Positions 48,066 through 58,109 of a stretch of DNA of 64,000 bases are shown here, in pieces. Every line of letters begins with the position of its first letter. The stretch's first letter is position 1. The stretch lies in contig CAVWEH010000005.1 of the NCBI GenBank assembly GCA_963753975.1, positions 672,001 through 736,000 on the forward strand, written 5' to 3'. Source of the DNA: an uncultured delta proteobacterium. Lineage in GTDB: Bacteria > Desulfobacterota > Syntrophia > Syntrophales > Smithellaceae. A model generated the notes under the pieces. That model was not told the origin of the DNA. It searched no databases and saw only the letters and a list, made by a program, of their open reading frames with translations. The translations under genes and the position numbers were made by a program.

Positions 48066-48809
48066 ATGATTCTTATGCCTATTCCCGCCATTGATTTTGA
48101 TCCCAGTGAAACAAGTATTCCCTGGAAAGCATTGAATTCTAATAATATCGACATAACTTTTGCAACTCCATCGGGACAGCCGGGCAAAGCTGATCCCAGA
48201 ATGCTAACCGGGAAAGGCCTGGGGATTTGGAAAAAGATATTGATGGCCAACGCCGACGCATTAAATTGCTATTCCTTGATGACTAAAGATAAAAATTTCA
48301 ATAAGCCCATCAAATGGGATGAAATTAATCCGAAAGACTTTGCAGGAATAATTCTTCCTGGTGGTCATGCTCCCGGCATGAGAACATATCTGGAATCCAA
48401 AAAACTGCAAAATATCATTGTCAGGCTCTTTGAAGAAAATAAACCAGTAGGAGCAATATGTCACGGCGCTTTACTCGCTGCGCGAAGCATCAATCCCAAA
48501 ACAGGAAAATCCGTAATATATAATTATAAAACTACTTCACTTTTGAAATCACAAGAGTTGTCTGCGTATTATCTTACATTTCTTTGGCTGGGACGTTATT
48601 ACAGAACATATCCGGTAACGGTTGAAGATGAAGTTAAATCTTATCTAATTGATAAAAAAAATTTCTTCCGGGGTAATTCGGGGCTAATCAGAGATTCCAT
48701 TAACAACACAACGCATAGCTTTTCGGTACGCGACAGAAGCTATTTATCGGCGCGTTGGCCGGGCGATGCCTACCATTTTGCTTTTGAGTTTTTAAAATTA
48801 ATAAAATAG
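48066..48809 (+). CDS. DJ-1/PfpI-family (type 1 glutamine amidotransferase-like) protein
   Basis: DFDPSE, LPGGHAPGM, AICHG, SARWPGD. Confidence 0.88.
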   Translation: MILMPIPAIDFDPSETSIPWKALNSNNIDITFATPSGQPGKADPRMLTGKGLGIWKKILMANADALNCYSLMTKDKNFNKPIKWDEINPKDFAGIILPGGHAPGMRTYLESKKLQNIIVRLFEENKPVGAICHGALLAARSINPKTGKSVIYNYKTTSLLKSQELSAYYLTFLWLGRYYRTYPVTVEDEVKSYLIDKKNFFRGNSGLIRDSINNTTHSFSVRDRSYLSARWPGDAYHFAFEFLKLIK

Positions 48810-48946
48810 CGCGTTACTTCGCACAAAACGATAAAAACCGGTCTACTTCACCCGGGTCACGACTGCAGATGCAGGCAGACGAACTTGCTACTGTAATAAC
48901 AGGCTGCCGATAGACACTACGCCAATGTGTGTAACTGCGTACCGTC

Positions 48947-49474
48947 TTACTTCTCAGCCAAAATCTTCAGGTTGGCTAAACCGGTCTCGAAGTCCTTACC
49001 GATCATCTTGTCCATACCGAAAAATATGCTCATGACCTTCGCCAAATAGGAATTGGAGCCGTACATGGCCCACGTAACGTTAGTGACGTCGCCCTGCGGT
49101 TGAAGCGTGAACTCAGCGATGCTGTGACCTTCCAGTGGTTTTTCGAAATCCAGTTTAATCACAACCCTGAAAGACGGAGACACTTCCATGATCTCCATAC
49201 GACCCTTGCCTACCTTATTATTGCCTTCCCACGCATACGCAGAACCGATACCTGCTTCAGGGCCACTGAATGTCCTCTTCATTGCCGGATCCATCTTCTC
49301 CCAGGGTGACCAGTCGCCCCATTTATGCAAGTTAGTGATGAGAGGAAATATCTTCTTTGGCTGCGCCTTGATGCTCGCCGTACGCTCGACACGGAACGTG
49401 TCCGGTTTGGTCGCGGCAAAAACCAGCAGACCGACTATCAAAACGACCAATGCAATAACGATTATTTTTATCAT
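48947..49474 (-). CDS. SRPBCC-family protein
   Basis: PDTFRVERT, WSPWEKMDP, YAWEGN, GKDFETGLANLK. Confidence 0.88.
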   Translation of the reverse strand: MIKIIVIALVVLIVGLLVFAATKPDTFRVERTASIKAQPKKIFPLITNLHKWGDWSPWEKMDPAMKRTFSGPEAGIGSAYAWEGNNKVGKGRMEIMEVSPSFRVVIKLDFEKPLEGHSIAEFTLQPQGDVTNVTWAMYGSNSYLAKVMSIFFGMDKMIGKDFETGLANLKILAEK

Positions 49475-49875
49475 ATTATCCTCCTTCTGTTTCTTAATTT
49501 ACCGCCTAACCACACACTAGGCATGGTAAGTATTATAAGCGCAATTGGATACCATGTACCCGATGATGCTATTGCGTTGTCCCAATTTGCAATTGATCCG
49601 AGTATAGCAAATACAAGTCCTATTACTCCAAGAATGATGGCATGACGCATTGGTCGACTTGGTGCTAAAGTTGCGGTAACATAACCGCCCACTGCTGCAT
49701 AGATAGTGCGATATATAAGCGCAAGAAAAAGCATCCACCAGGCGTGAGAACCAGGTTCACCTTGCGGGGGAAAAACACCAAGTTTTTCCAATATAATATC
49801 TGTCCCAACACTTAAGACAAAAACCGCAATAAATCCTGTCAGGATGGCGCCAATACTTTTCAAAATGTTCTTCAT
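49471..49875 (-). CDS. Four-TM hypothetical membrane protein
   Basis: Hydrophobic; GGYVTATLAP.RPMRHA, WYPIAL; overlaps the SRPBCC start. Confidence 0.7.
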   Translation of the reverse strand: MKNILKSIGAILTGFIAVFVLSVGTDIILEKLGVFPPQGEPGSHAWWMLFLALIYRTIYAAVGGYVTATLAPSRPMRHAIILGVIGLVFAILGSIANWDNAIASSGTWYPIALIILTMPSVWLGGKLRNRRRII

Positions 49876-49959
49876 ATCTTTCCACCCCTTTTCACCTCGT
49901 TCAGCGTTTCTCTCTTTTTAGGATTTCGCACTGCTTAAAAATTTGATGCACTGATTTTA

Positions 49960-50712
49960 TCACCGGCTATTCATCTGTTGAAAGCTTTTGTCCAACTCTG
50001 CTCGGGACGCCTGGATAAATCCTTCCGACATCCCATAAGCTATTTCAAATGCGTCATTTTGGAAGCCTTTCATCACTGCGGCGACAAATTTATCAGCCGT
50101 GAGACCCGCTTTAAAATTGCCTCTTTGGGCTCTTCCCTCCTGATTCAATTCCGTATCCACCGCCGGGGGAACCACCTCAAAAACTTTGATCCCTTGATTT
50201 TTTAGCTGATGTCTCAGGGCCATAGAAAAGGCATGGAGGCCGGCTTTGGTCGCGCTGTACACGGGCATTCGGGCCATAGGCACAAAACCTAATCCCGAGG
50301 AGATATTGATAATGGCGGCTTCTTTTTTTTCGGTCAAATATGGAATAAAGAGCCCGGATAGAACAATCGGGGCTTCCAGGTTGATTTTTATTTCACTATC
50401 GCCTGCCAGAAATTCGTCAATACCTTTTGTGAAATCAATATCTCTTTGGATGCCGGCATTGTTAACCAGGATGTTTAAATTTCTGAAATTGGCAGTTGCC
50501 CATTCCACAAGCGCCTTTCGATCAGCTTCATCAGCAACATTACATACCTTGATATGAAAACCCGGATGTTTCTTCTGAGCCTGAAGAAGTCTTTCTTTCC
50601 TGCGGCCGCAAATGATGACTTCATTTCCCGCTTTCAGGAAAGATTCGGCCATCGCATATCCAATGCCCGTCGCTCCACCAGTAATCAATACCGTATTTCC
50701 TGAAATCTTCAT
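49960..50712 (-). CDS. Short-chain dehydrogenase (DltE-like)
   Basis: TGGATGIG, NNAG, YSATK. Confidence 0.9.
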   Translation of the reverse strand: MKISGNTVLITGGATGIGYAMAESFLKAGNEVIICGRRKERLLQAQKKHPGFHIKVCNVADEADRKALVEWATANFRNLNILVNNAGIQRDIDFTKGIDEFLAGDSEIKINLEAPIVLSGLFIPYLTEKKEAAIINISSGLGFVPMARMPVYSATKAGLHAFSMALRHQLKNQGIKVFEVVPPAVDTELNQEGRAQRGNFKAGLTADKFVAAVMKGFQNDAFEIAYGMSEGFIQASRAELDKSFQQMNSR

Positions 50713-51102
50713 TGAAAATTTCCTCCGTTAATTTTTGCCGGATAGCCAACTGTGTGGGCAAAGAAAATATTTACCAATAAATGCGGCTGTGGATTTCTTT
50801 TTCTTTCCTTCACTCATCAGCAATTCTTCCTTTTTATTTCAGCAAGGCACAATAAGAACATAATAATGAATTGTTATTTTTCAAATACAAACTTTGCACT
50901 GCTATTAGTCAACTCGTACTGGAGATTCCCAATGTTTATATCCTGCTGTTATTTAAGAAGAAAATAATAAACGCCGGTTGCATAACGGTCGTTTTCGACC
51001 ATCATAATGTCTGCGAAAAATCGATATAAAAAATTTGAGTTGATTCCTATTCATTTATCAATTAAGAGTTTCGCTGAAGAATTTGCTTTTTATAAAAAGA
51101 TA

Positions 51103-51200
51103 TGGCCGGGTCCCGTGCAACGGTGGCTTGTGAACCCCGTCAGGTCCGGAAGGAAGCAGCGGCAGCAATGTTCCGCCTTGTGTTGCGGTAAACCTGGCCA
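51103..51200 (+). ncRNA. ffs: Signal recognition particle RNA (4.5S)
   Basis: Conserved GTCAGGTCCGGAAGGAAGCAGC core inside a long TGGCC...GGCCA hairpin; upstream of dnaX. Confidence 0.93.
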
Positions 51201-51206
51201 CCAGTA

Positions 51207-51334
51207 ATTATACCGGAAAAAGTCTCCAGCATGCGCCGGACTGCGCATATGCGGAGTTTATCCGGCGTATGCCGGATGCGCGTTTCATCCTCTGGTCTTG
51301 CGCGCCTTGCCTCTGGAGCTTTTTGCGGTATAAT
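51207..51334. repeat. 128-nt palindromic MITE-like element (family C, copy 1)
   Basis: Terminal arms ATTATACCG..AAAAG / CTTTT..CGGTATAAT; body close to 53558-53685. Confidence 0.8.
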
Positions 51335-51431
51335 CAAACAAAAGGTAATGATTTTGTTGGCAGTCTCGTTATCTTTTGCAAGCGAACAGGTAAAAATACA
51401 CCGAGATTTTGCAGTAAGTTTAGGAGTTTCA

Positions 51432-53135
51432 TTGGAATATCTCGTCCTAGCCCGAAAATTTCGGCCGCAGTCTTTTGAGGACGTTGCCGGTCAGGAACAT
51501 GTCGTGAAAACCCTGAGAAACGCTATAAGCCGGGGCCGCGTTGCCCACGCGTTTCTTTTCAGCGGTCCGCGCGGTATCGGTAAAACCTCGGTCGCCAGAA
51601 TTCTCGCCAAATCGCTCAATTGCGAAAAAGGCCCGACGCCTATTCCCTGCAATGTCTGCTCCAACTGCCGTGAAATAACCGACGGCTCTTCACTGGATGT
51701 GCGCGAAATTGACGGTGCTTCCAACCGCGGAATCGACGAAATTCGGGAACTGCGGGAAAACGTTAAATTTGCTCCGGCGGCATCCAAATATAAAATCTAT
51801 ATTATCGACGAAGTGCACATGCTCACTAGGGAAGCTTTCAACGCCCTTTTGAAAACGCTGGAAGAACCGCCCTCCCACGTAATTTTTATTTTTGCGACAA
51901 CCGAAAGCCATAAAGTTCCTGCTACCATTCTTTCCCGTTGCCAATGCTATGATTTTCGCCGGATATCGCTCAAAGAAATAATCGCTAATCTGGGCAAGAT
52001 AGCCACGGCGGAAGGAATAAAAATAAGTCCAGCCGCTCTTACCTGGATTGCTGAAGCTGGTGACGGAAGTATGCGCGACGCGCAAAGCATATTCGACCAA
52101 ATCATTTCGTATGCCGGAACAAATATTAAAGATGCCGATGTAGAGGAAAACCTGGGACTTACGGACCGGAAGTATCTATTTGTCCTTTCCGAAGCCGTCT
52201 TACAGAGGAATGCCGGTACCTGTCTGAATATCCTTGAAGAAGCATATTTAGCGGGTATTGACATGAAGCATTTTTATCAAATGCTGCTCAAACATTTCCG
52301 AAATTTGCTTCTGGTTAAAATTGCCGGCTCTGCCAGTTCTTCTTTCGATATCGCGCCGGAGGAAATTGAAAAACTAAAAAATCAAACCAATACCGTATCG
52401 CGTGAAACTTTACAGCGCCTGGCGGAAATTTTAATCGCCGAAGAAGAAAGTTTTCGCCGCAGTCAGGAGCCGCGGATGAAACTGGAGGCTGTACTTGTGA
52501 AGATGGCTTATCTGGAACCGATAATTCCTCTGGGTGAAATTGTGGCGACAATCGAAGCCATCGAACAAAAACTTCGCCAGGGTTTGCCTGCAGCTGCCGG
52601 CAATATTGGAGAGCAACTTGCAACAAATAAACAGGTAAAAGAAATACCTGCTGATTACGGCGCCAAAATTAATATCACCGATGAAAAAAATAATGAGGAT
52701 AGCTTAGCTGGTCAGAATAAGCCTACCGATGATCTGAGAATTCTTTCCGATAATTTGAAGAAATTTATCAAAAAGGAGAATGCGATACTTGGAGCAAAAA
52801 TTGACTCTGCCGAAATTTTAAGTTACGAGAACGGCTGCCTTACGCTGGGATTCCCTAAGGGATTCATATTCCTCGAGGACATCAAAGCCAAAAAGCAAAA
52901 GGATCAACTGGAGCAAATCGCTGGGAAATTTTTCCAGGCTGATGTGACAATAAATATTGCCACTACCGAGGCAGATAAGATAAATACAAACGGCAATAAT
53001 GGGCGCGGCAAAACCAATAGCTTAAGCGACATGAAACGGGAAGCGATAAACCATCCGCTTTTGCAGAAAGTTATGGACGAATTTGCCGGCGCCGAAGTAA
53101 TAGAAATTAAAGCGCGGACAGATAAACCCCGTTAG
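51432..53135 (+). CDS. dnaX: DNA polymerase III subunit gamma/tau
   Basis: LARKFRPQ, GPRGIGKTS, zinc Cys cluster, IDEVHML, SRC; TTG start with AGGAG RBS. Confidence 0.96.
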   Translation: MEYLVLARKFRPQSFEDVAGQEHVVKTLRNAISRGRVAHAFLFSGPRGIGKTSVARILAKSLNCEKGPTPIPCNVCSNCREITDGSSLDVREIDGASNRGIDEIRELRENVKFAPAASKYKIYIIDEVHMLTREAFNALLKTLEEPPSHVIFIFATTESHKVPATILSRCQCYDFRRISLKEIIANLGKIATAEGIKISPAALTWIAEAGDGSMRDAQSIFDQIISYAGTNIKDADVEENLGLTDRKYLFVLSEAVLQRNAGTCLNILEEAYLAGIDMKHFYQMLLKHFRNLLLVKIAGSASSSFDIAPEEIEKLKNQTNTVSRETLQRLAEILIAEEESFRRSQEPRMKLEAVLVKMAYLEPIIPLGEIVATIEAIEQKLRQGLPAAAGNIGEQLATNKQVKEIPADYGAKINITDEKNNEDSLAGQNKPTDDLRILSDNLKKFIKKENAILGAKIDSAEILSYENGCLTLGFPKGFIFLEDIKAKKQKDQLEQIAGKFFQADVTINIATTEADKINTNGNNGRGKTNSLSDMKREAINHPLLQKVMDEFAGAEVIEIKARTDKPR

Positions 53136-53217
53136 TCCCGTTAGAAATCAGAGGACATATGTTAAAAGAAGAGTTTGGATTGTTTGAACCAAGGTGAGCG
53201 TGAGATTTCTAACGGGA
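53136..53217. repeat. Small element with perfect 14-bp terminal inverted repeats
   Basis: TCCCGTTAGAAATC ... GATTTCTAACGGGA around a 54-nt spacer. Confidence 0.75.
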
Positions 53218-53242
53218 TAAAAGCAGAAAGGACATAAAAGAG

Positions 53243-53551
53243 GTGCAGAATTTCGGCAATATTATGAAGCAGGCGAAAAAAATGCAGGAGCAAATCGGAC
53301 AGCTCCAGCAGGAATTGGAGGCCAAAACCACAGAAGCGCAGGCCGGCGGCGGAATGGTACGGGTCGTAGTGGACGGCAAGTTTAGAATAGTTTCCATAAA
53401 AATCGAAAAGGAAGCGGTCAATCCCGAAGATATAGAAATGCTGCAGGATTTAATTGCGGCCGCGGTAAATGAGGGAATTCGCAAAGCGCAGGAAATGGCT
53501 TCCGCAGAAATGGCAAAAATCACGGGAGGGATGGGAATTCCCGGCATGTAG
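53243..53551 (+). CDS. ybaB: YbaB/EbfC nucleoid-associated protein
   Basis: MKQAKKMQ, AGGGMVRV, EMLQDLIAAAVN; between dnaX and recR. Confidence 0.93.
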   Translation: MQNFGNIMKQAKKMQEQIGQLQQELEAKTTEAQAGGGMVRVVVDGKFRIVSIKIEKEAVNPEDIEMLQDLIAAAVNEGIRKAQEMASAEMAKITGGMGIPGM

Positions 53552-53557
53552 GCTATG

Positions 53558-53685
53558 ATGACACGGCCAAAAGTCTCCGGCATACGCCGGACTGCGCATA
53601 TGCGGAGTTTATCCGGCGTATGCCGGATGCGCATTTCATCCTTCGACCTCGCGCGCCTTGCTTCTGGAACTTTTGGTGGAGTCAT
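53558..53685. repeat. 128-nt palindromic MITE-like element (family C, copy 2)
   Basis: ATGAC..CCAAAAGT / ACTTTTGG..GTCAT arms; core shared with the 51207 copy. Confidence 0.8.
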
Positions 53686-53738
53686 TCTGTGAATCTGATT
53701 GTTTAGTGACTTAATTAAGATTCTATTAGGCTGTATTT

Positions 53739-54338
53739 ATGAAAGCATACGCTCAACCCATAAAACGACTGATCGCCGAACTCGGTAAACTTCCCGGTAT
53801 CGGCGAAAAAACAGCTGCCCGTCTGGCTAACTATATTTTACGCGCAACGGCGGACGACGTAAAGAAACTTGCGGAAAGCATCATTGAAGTCAAAAGAAAA
53901 ATCAAACTCTGCCGGATTTGCTTAAACCTGACCGAGGGAGATGTTTGCCATATTTGTCACGACACGACAAGAGATCATGGCGTGATTTGCGTTGTGGAAG
54001 AACCGGATGCGATGGTGGTAATTGAAGAGAGTGGAGGATTTCGGGGGACTTATCATGTTTTGCACGGACACCTGGCGCCTCTGGATGGAATTGGGCCGGA
54101 AAATCTGCGGTTAAACGAACTTCTCCAGCGAATTAACGGCGGCAAAATCAAAGAAGTGATTATCGCTACAAATCCCGATGTCCACGGCGAAGCGACTGCT
54201 TTGCTGATTATCAGGATGCTCAAAGGGAAAAAAATTAAGGTGACGCGCATTGCCACGGGCGTGCCCATGGGCGGCGACTTGAAATACATTGACAAGATGA
54301 CTATTTCCAAATCGTTGGAATTCCGGCGCGGCATATAG
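53739..54338 (+). CDS. recR: Recombination mediator RecR
   Basis: [10 protein letters not shown]4 zinc finger, YHVLHG, TOPRIM ATNP..GEATA. Confidence 0.96.
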   Translation: MKAYAQPIKRLIAELGKLPGIGEKTAARLANYILRATADDVKKLAESIIEVKRKIKLCRICLNLTEGDVCHICHDTTRDHGVICVVEEPDAMVVIEESGGFRGTYHVLHGHLAPLDGIGPENLRLNELLQRINGGKIKEVIIATNPDVHGEATALLIIRMLKGKKIKVTRIATGVPMGGDLKYIDKMTISKSLEFRRGI

Positions 54339-54463
54339 TATGACACCATAAAACAGCCTTTGGCTACTTTGTTGGCTGTGTCTTCGGGTTGCGGCGTATG
54401 CGAAAAATACGCCGCACTTCTCAGGCCTCGCGCGCCTTGCCTCTGGTCATTTTTGACGTCATA
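54339..54463. repeat. Palindromic MITE-like element (family C, divergent copy 3)
   Basis: TATGAC...GTCATA ends; shared CTCGCGCGCCTTGCCTCTGG; central GCGGCGTAT/ATACGCCGC hairpin. Confidence 0.7.
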
Positions 54464-54511
54464 AGGCTAAATATTTTTATTGACTATTTTATGGAGTTTT
54501 CGAGTGTAGAT

Positions 54512-55384
54512 ATGGAAAAGAAAACCAGAAAAACAGCTAAGCCGGCAGATCGATTGCAAGCTAATTACCGCGACGGTAAAAAAACTTTTTATCGAAGCTA
54601 ATACTGTCTTTAGGTACGGATGTTGTGGAAGCGCTACGCAAATCTCTGCCCAAAGAGGAATCGGCAACCGGCAGAGAGGTGCTCGCAAAAATAATGGAAA
54701 ATGCTGATATTGCCTGCCGTAGTAAAATGCCCATCTGTCAGGATACAGGACTGGCGGTTGTCTTTCTTGAAATCGGGCAGGATGTTCATATCGTCGGCGG
54801 GAATCTACGGGAAGCAATTGATGAAGGTGTGAGGCAGGCTTACTGCTGAGGGCTATTTGCGAAAATCAGTCTGTGATCCGCTGACCAGAAAAAACACACA
54901 GGATAATACACCGGCGATAATTCATGTTGATATTGTCGAAGGCGACAGGCTGAAAATAATTGCCATGCCCAAAGGCGGCGGCAGTGAAAACATGAGCGCG
55001 GCGAAAATGCTTACGCCGGCGGCGGGGAGCGACGGCATTAAAAAATTTGTTCTGGAAACGGTGGAGCAAGCGGGCGCCAATCCTTGCCCGCCCATTATGG
55101 TCGGAGTAGGTATCGGCGGCTCCCTGGAAGAAGCCTGCATCCTGGCCAAGAAGGCGCTGTTAAGACCAGTAGGCGAAGGTAATAGTAAAGATGAACGTTT
55201 GGCTCAAATGGAAAAGGAACTTTATACCGGTATTAACGATCTGGGTATTGGTCCGGGAGGTCTTGGCGGAAGGGTTACAGCACTGGCCGTAAATGTAGAA
55301 ATGATGCCCTGCCATATAGCCTCTCTGCCTGTCGCGGTAAATATTCAATGTCATGTCGCCAGGCATAAGGAAGAGATTATATGA
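54512..55384 (+). CDS. Fe-S fumarate hydratase / tartrate dehydratase alpha subunit, three apparent 1-nt insertions
   Basis: PICQDTG, NTQDNTPA, KGGGSEN, NPCPP, PCHIASLP; frames join by removing single bases near 54542, 54609 and 54844. Confidence 0.85.
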
Positions 55385-55968
55385 AGGACGTCGCTGTGAC
55401 TGAAGAAAAAGAGATACCTCGCCATATTCAGACACCTCTGACCAAAGAAGTTGTGCTGTCTCTGCGGACAGGAGATATGGTTTTATTGAGCGGCGAGGTT
55501 TACACGGCACGAGATGTCGCGCACCGTCGCCTCTATGACGCGTTGATAAGAGGTGAGGCTCTGCCTATAGATTTAAAGAAAAGTGTTATATTTTACGCGG
55601 CTCCCACGCCCACTCCGCCGGGTAAGGCCATCGGTTCCATCGGTCCAACAACCAGTTACCGGATGGATTTCTTCACTCCGAAGTTAATCGAAAACGGCCT
55701 CATGGGAATGATCGGTAAAGGCAGCCGTTCACCGGAAGTCATAGCGGCACTGCAAAAATACGGTGCCGTTTATTTTGGCGCTATCGGCGGCATTGCGGCT
55801 CTTTCTGCTCAATGTGTTCAAAAAGCCGAGCTTATTGCCTACGAAGACCTTGGCCCGGAAGCCATCAGAAAGTTGACCATCGTTGATTTTCCGGCAATTG
55901 TCGTTAATGATGCTTACGGAAATGATTTATATGCCGAAGCCAAGAATAAATGGCGCGTAAATCGTTAA
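55381..55968 (+). CDS. Fe-S fumarate hydratase beta subunit
   Basis: TARDVAHRR, GPTTSYRM, MIGKG, DLGPEA. Confidence 0.92.
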   Translation: MKDVAVTEEKEIPRHIQTPLTKEVVLSLRTGDMVLLSGEVYTARDVAHRRLYDALIRGEALPIDLKKSVIFYAAPTPTPPGKAIGSIGPTTSYRMDFFTPKLIENGLMGMIGKGSRSPEVIAALQKYGAVYFGAIGGIAALSAQCVQKAELIAYEDLGPEAIRKLTIVDFPAIVVNDAYGNDLYAEAKNKWRVNR

Positions 55969-56073
55969 CCGTAAAAAATTTATATTGCGAAAAAAGTTGA
56001 CAGAAAAATTCGAATATAATAGAAAAACACTTCACTTTACTTCGTAATAACTAATCCGGCAGGAGAGATTATA

Positions 56074-56625
56074 ATGATAGAAGTTAGATGGCACGGCAGG
56101 GGCGGCCAAGGTGCGGTAACATCGGTAGAATTGCTCGCGGTGGCGGCCATAGGCGCGGGTAAATATGCTCAAGGCTTCCCCAGCTTCGGCCCGGAGAGAA
56201 GAGGAGCGCCCGTTGCCGCTTTCAGCCGCATAGATGACAAAAAAATCAAGGTACGTTCCGGCATTTATCAGCCTGATGTCGTTGTAGTGCTGGATTCCAG
56301 CTTGATCGGCATGGTAAACATGACCGAAGGTTTGAAGCCTGACGGAATATTGATTGTGAATACGCCGAAATCGCCGGAGGAAATGAAAAAAGAACTGAAT
56401 TTCAGCGGCACGACCGCAACTGTCGATGCAACGGGCATTGCCAGGAAGGAAATGGGGGTGCCCATTGCCAATACGACAATGCTGGGCGCTTTGATAAAGA
56501 TGATTGACACTATAAACCTGGACGCTCTGAAAGAACCCATAGAACACCGCTTCGGCAGGATTGCGCAAAAGAATTTAACCGCCATGAAAAGGGCTTACGA
56601 AGAAACTAAAATCAGTAAAAATTGA
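56074..56625 (+). CDS. porC: Pyruvate/2-oxoacid:ferredoxin oxidoreductase gamma subunit
   Basis: EVRWHGRGGQG, FGPERRGAP, NTTMLGA. Confidence 0.92.
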   Translation: MIEVRWHGRGGQGAVTSVELLAVAAIGAGKYAQGFPSFGPERRGAPVAAFSRIDDKKIKVRSGIYQPDVVVVLDSSLIGMVNMTEGLKPDGILIVNTPKSPEEMKKELNFSGTTATVDATGIARKEMGVPIANTTMLGALIKMIDTINLDALKEPIEHRFGRIAQKNLTAMKRAYEETKISKN

Positions 56626-56637
56626 GGTGTAAGAATC

Positions 56638-56928
56638 ATGACAAAAAAGAAAGGGCCTGATGCCTGGCAGGAAATAACCACGGGATGCGTCGTTTTCGAA
56701 CCGGGCAGCGCCAGTGAATATCATACGGGAAGCTGGCGGGCGCAAAGGCCGGTTTGGAATAATCAAAAATGCATCAAGTGCGGTATTTGCTATATCTTTT
56801 GTCCGGAAGGGTGCATTCAGCAAAGCGAAGACGGTTTTTTCCGGGCCAATCTGGACTATTGTAAGGGCTGCGGCATTTGTGCACACGAATGCTGGCCGAG
56901 GGCAATAGCAATGACGGAGGAGGGATAA
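56638..56928 (+). CDS. porD: Pyruvate/2-oxoacid:ferredoxin oxidoreductase delta subunit
   Basis: TGSWR..RP, CIKCGICYIFCP, YCKGCGICAHEC. Confidence 0.92.
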   Translation: MTKKKGPDAWQEITTGCVVFEPGSASEYHTGSWRAQRPVWNNQKCIKCGICYIFCPEGCIQQSEDGFFRANLDYCKGCGICAHECWPRAIAMTEEG

Positions 56929-56930
56929 GC

Positions 56931-58109
56931 ATGCCTAAGCGCGTTGGAATGGAAGTGGCAATTGCCGTCGCCGAAGCCGTGGGGCAGTGCAATATCGACA
57001 TGGCTGCTGTTTATCCCATTACGCCCCAATCGCATATTGCGGAACATCTCTCCGATCTTGTAGCTGATGGAAAAATAGACGCGGAATTCGTCACGGTGGA
57101 ATCCGAGCATTCGGCGATGAGCGCGGTTATCGGTGCTTCCGGCACCGGCGCGCGGGTATATACGGCGACAAGCTCCCAGGGCTTAATGTTGATGCATGAA
57201 CTTTTGCCGATTGCTTCGGGCATGAGACTGCCGATTGTGATGGGAATCGCGAACCGGGCTGTTTCCGGACCTTTAAATATATTAAATGATCATTCGGATA
57301 TTATGCCGCAGCGCGATTCCGGCTGGATTTCAATGTTTGTGGAAAACGGGCAGGAAGCGATTGATTTGTCGATACAGGCATTCAAGATTGCCGAGCATAA
57401 AGACGTTCTGCTCCCGGTATGCATAAATATCGACGGATTTCAGTTGACACACATGGTGGAGCCGGTGGAATTTCCGGAGCAGGAATTAGTGGATAAATTT
57501 TTGCCGCCGCGTGAGCCCTATGCGACGCTTCATCCGGGTAAACCCGTCACTATGGGCGCTTTCGCCATGGCGGATTACTACCCGGAAATGATGAAAGCAA
57601 AAAATGAGGCTTTAAAAAATTCCCAGAAAACGATTCTTGCCGTTTGGGAAGAATGGGCAAAAATATTCGGTCGCCGTTACAAACCGGTGGAAACATATAA
57701 AGCGGAAGGCGCAGAAATTCTACTTCTGACAATGGGCTCGATGGGCGAAACGGCGGAAGTGGCGATCGATGAGCTTCGTGCCAAAGGGAAATCGGTAGGT
57801 CTGATAAAACTCAGACTTTGGCGGCCGTTTCCATTTGAGGAGTTGAAAGAAGCTGCGAAGGAAGCGAAGAAATTAATTGTTACCGACCGCGCCGTTTCTT
57901 TCGGCGGGCCGGGAGGACCGGTTTTCTCGGAAATAAAATCCGCCCTTTATCATGAAGAGACGCGTCCGATGATCTGCAACTACATTATCGGATTGGGCGG
58001 CCGCGATGTAGCGGTAACAGACTTTACAGCAATGATCACAAGAGTCATCCGGGAAGACTCAAAAAAAATAGCGGACACCTGTGAATTTTGGGGAGTAAGA
58101 GAGAAATGA
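56931..58109 (+). CDS. porA: Pyruvate/2-oxoacid:ferredoxin oxidoreductase alpha subunit
   Basis: YPITPQ, ESEHSA, TATSSQGL, GLGGRD. Confidence 0.93.
   Translation: MPKRVGMEVAIAVAEAVGQCNIDMAAVYPITPQSHIAEHLSDLVADGKIDAEFVTVESEHSAMSAVIGASGTGARVYTATSSQGLMLMHELLPIASGMRLPIVMGIANRAVSGPLNILNDHSDIMPQRDSGWISMFVENGQEAIDLSIQAFKIAEHKDVLLPVCINIDGFQLTHMVEPVEFPEQELVDKFLPPREPYATLHPGKPVTMGAFAMADYYPEMMKAKNEALKNSQKTILAVWEEWAKIFGRRYKPVETYKAEGAEILLLTMGSMGETAEVAIDELRAKGKSVGLIKLRLWRPFPFEELKEAAKEAKKLIVTDRAVSFGGPGGPVFSEIKSALYHEETRPMICNYIIGLGGRDVAVTDFTAMITRVIREDSKKIADTCEFWGVREK

Noticed and set aside
51140..51431. ORF 51140..51337, its look-alike 53209..53685, and the dnaX extension from 51231
   Set aside because: Products of the family C repeat; dnaX has an RBS and TTG at 51432
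54844..54849. TGC-TGA at the end of ORF 54625..54849 as a possible Cys-Sec
   Set aside because: Removing one base gives the expected AYAEGYLRKS and joins the next ORF; read-through in frame gives non-homologous sequence
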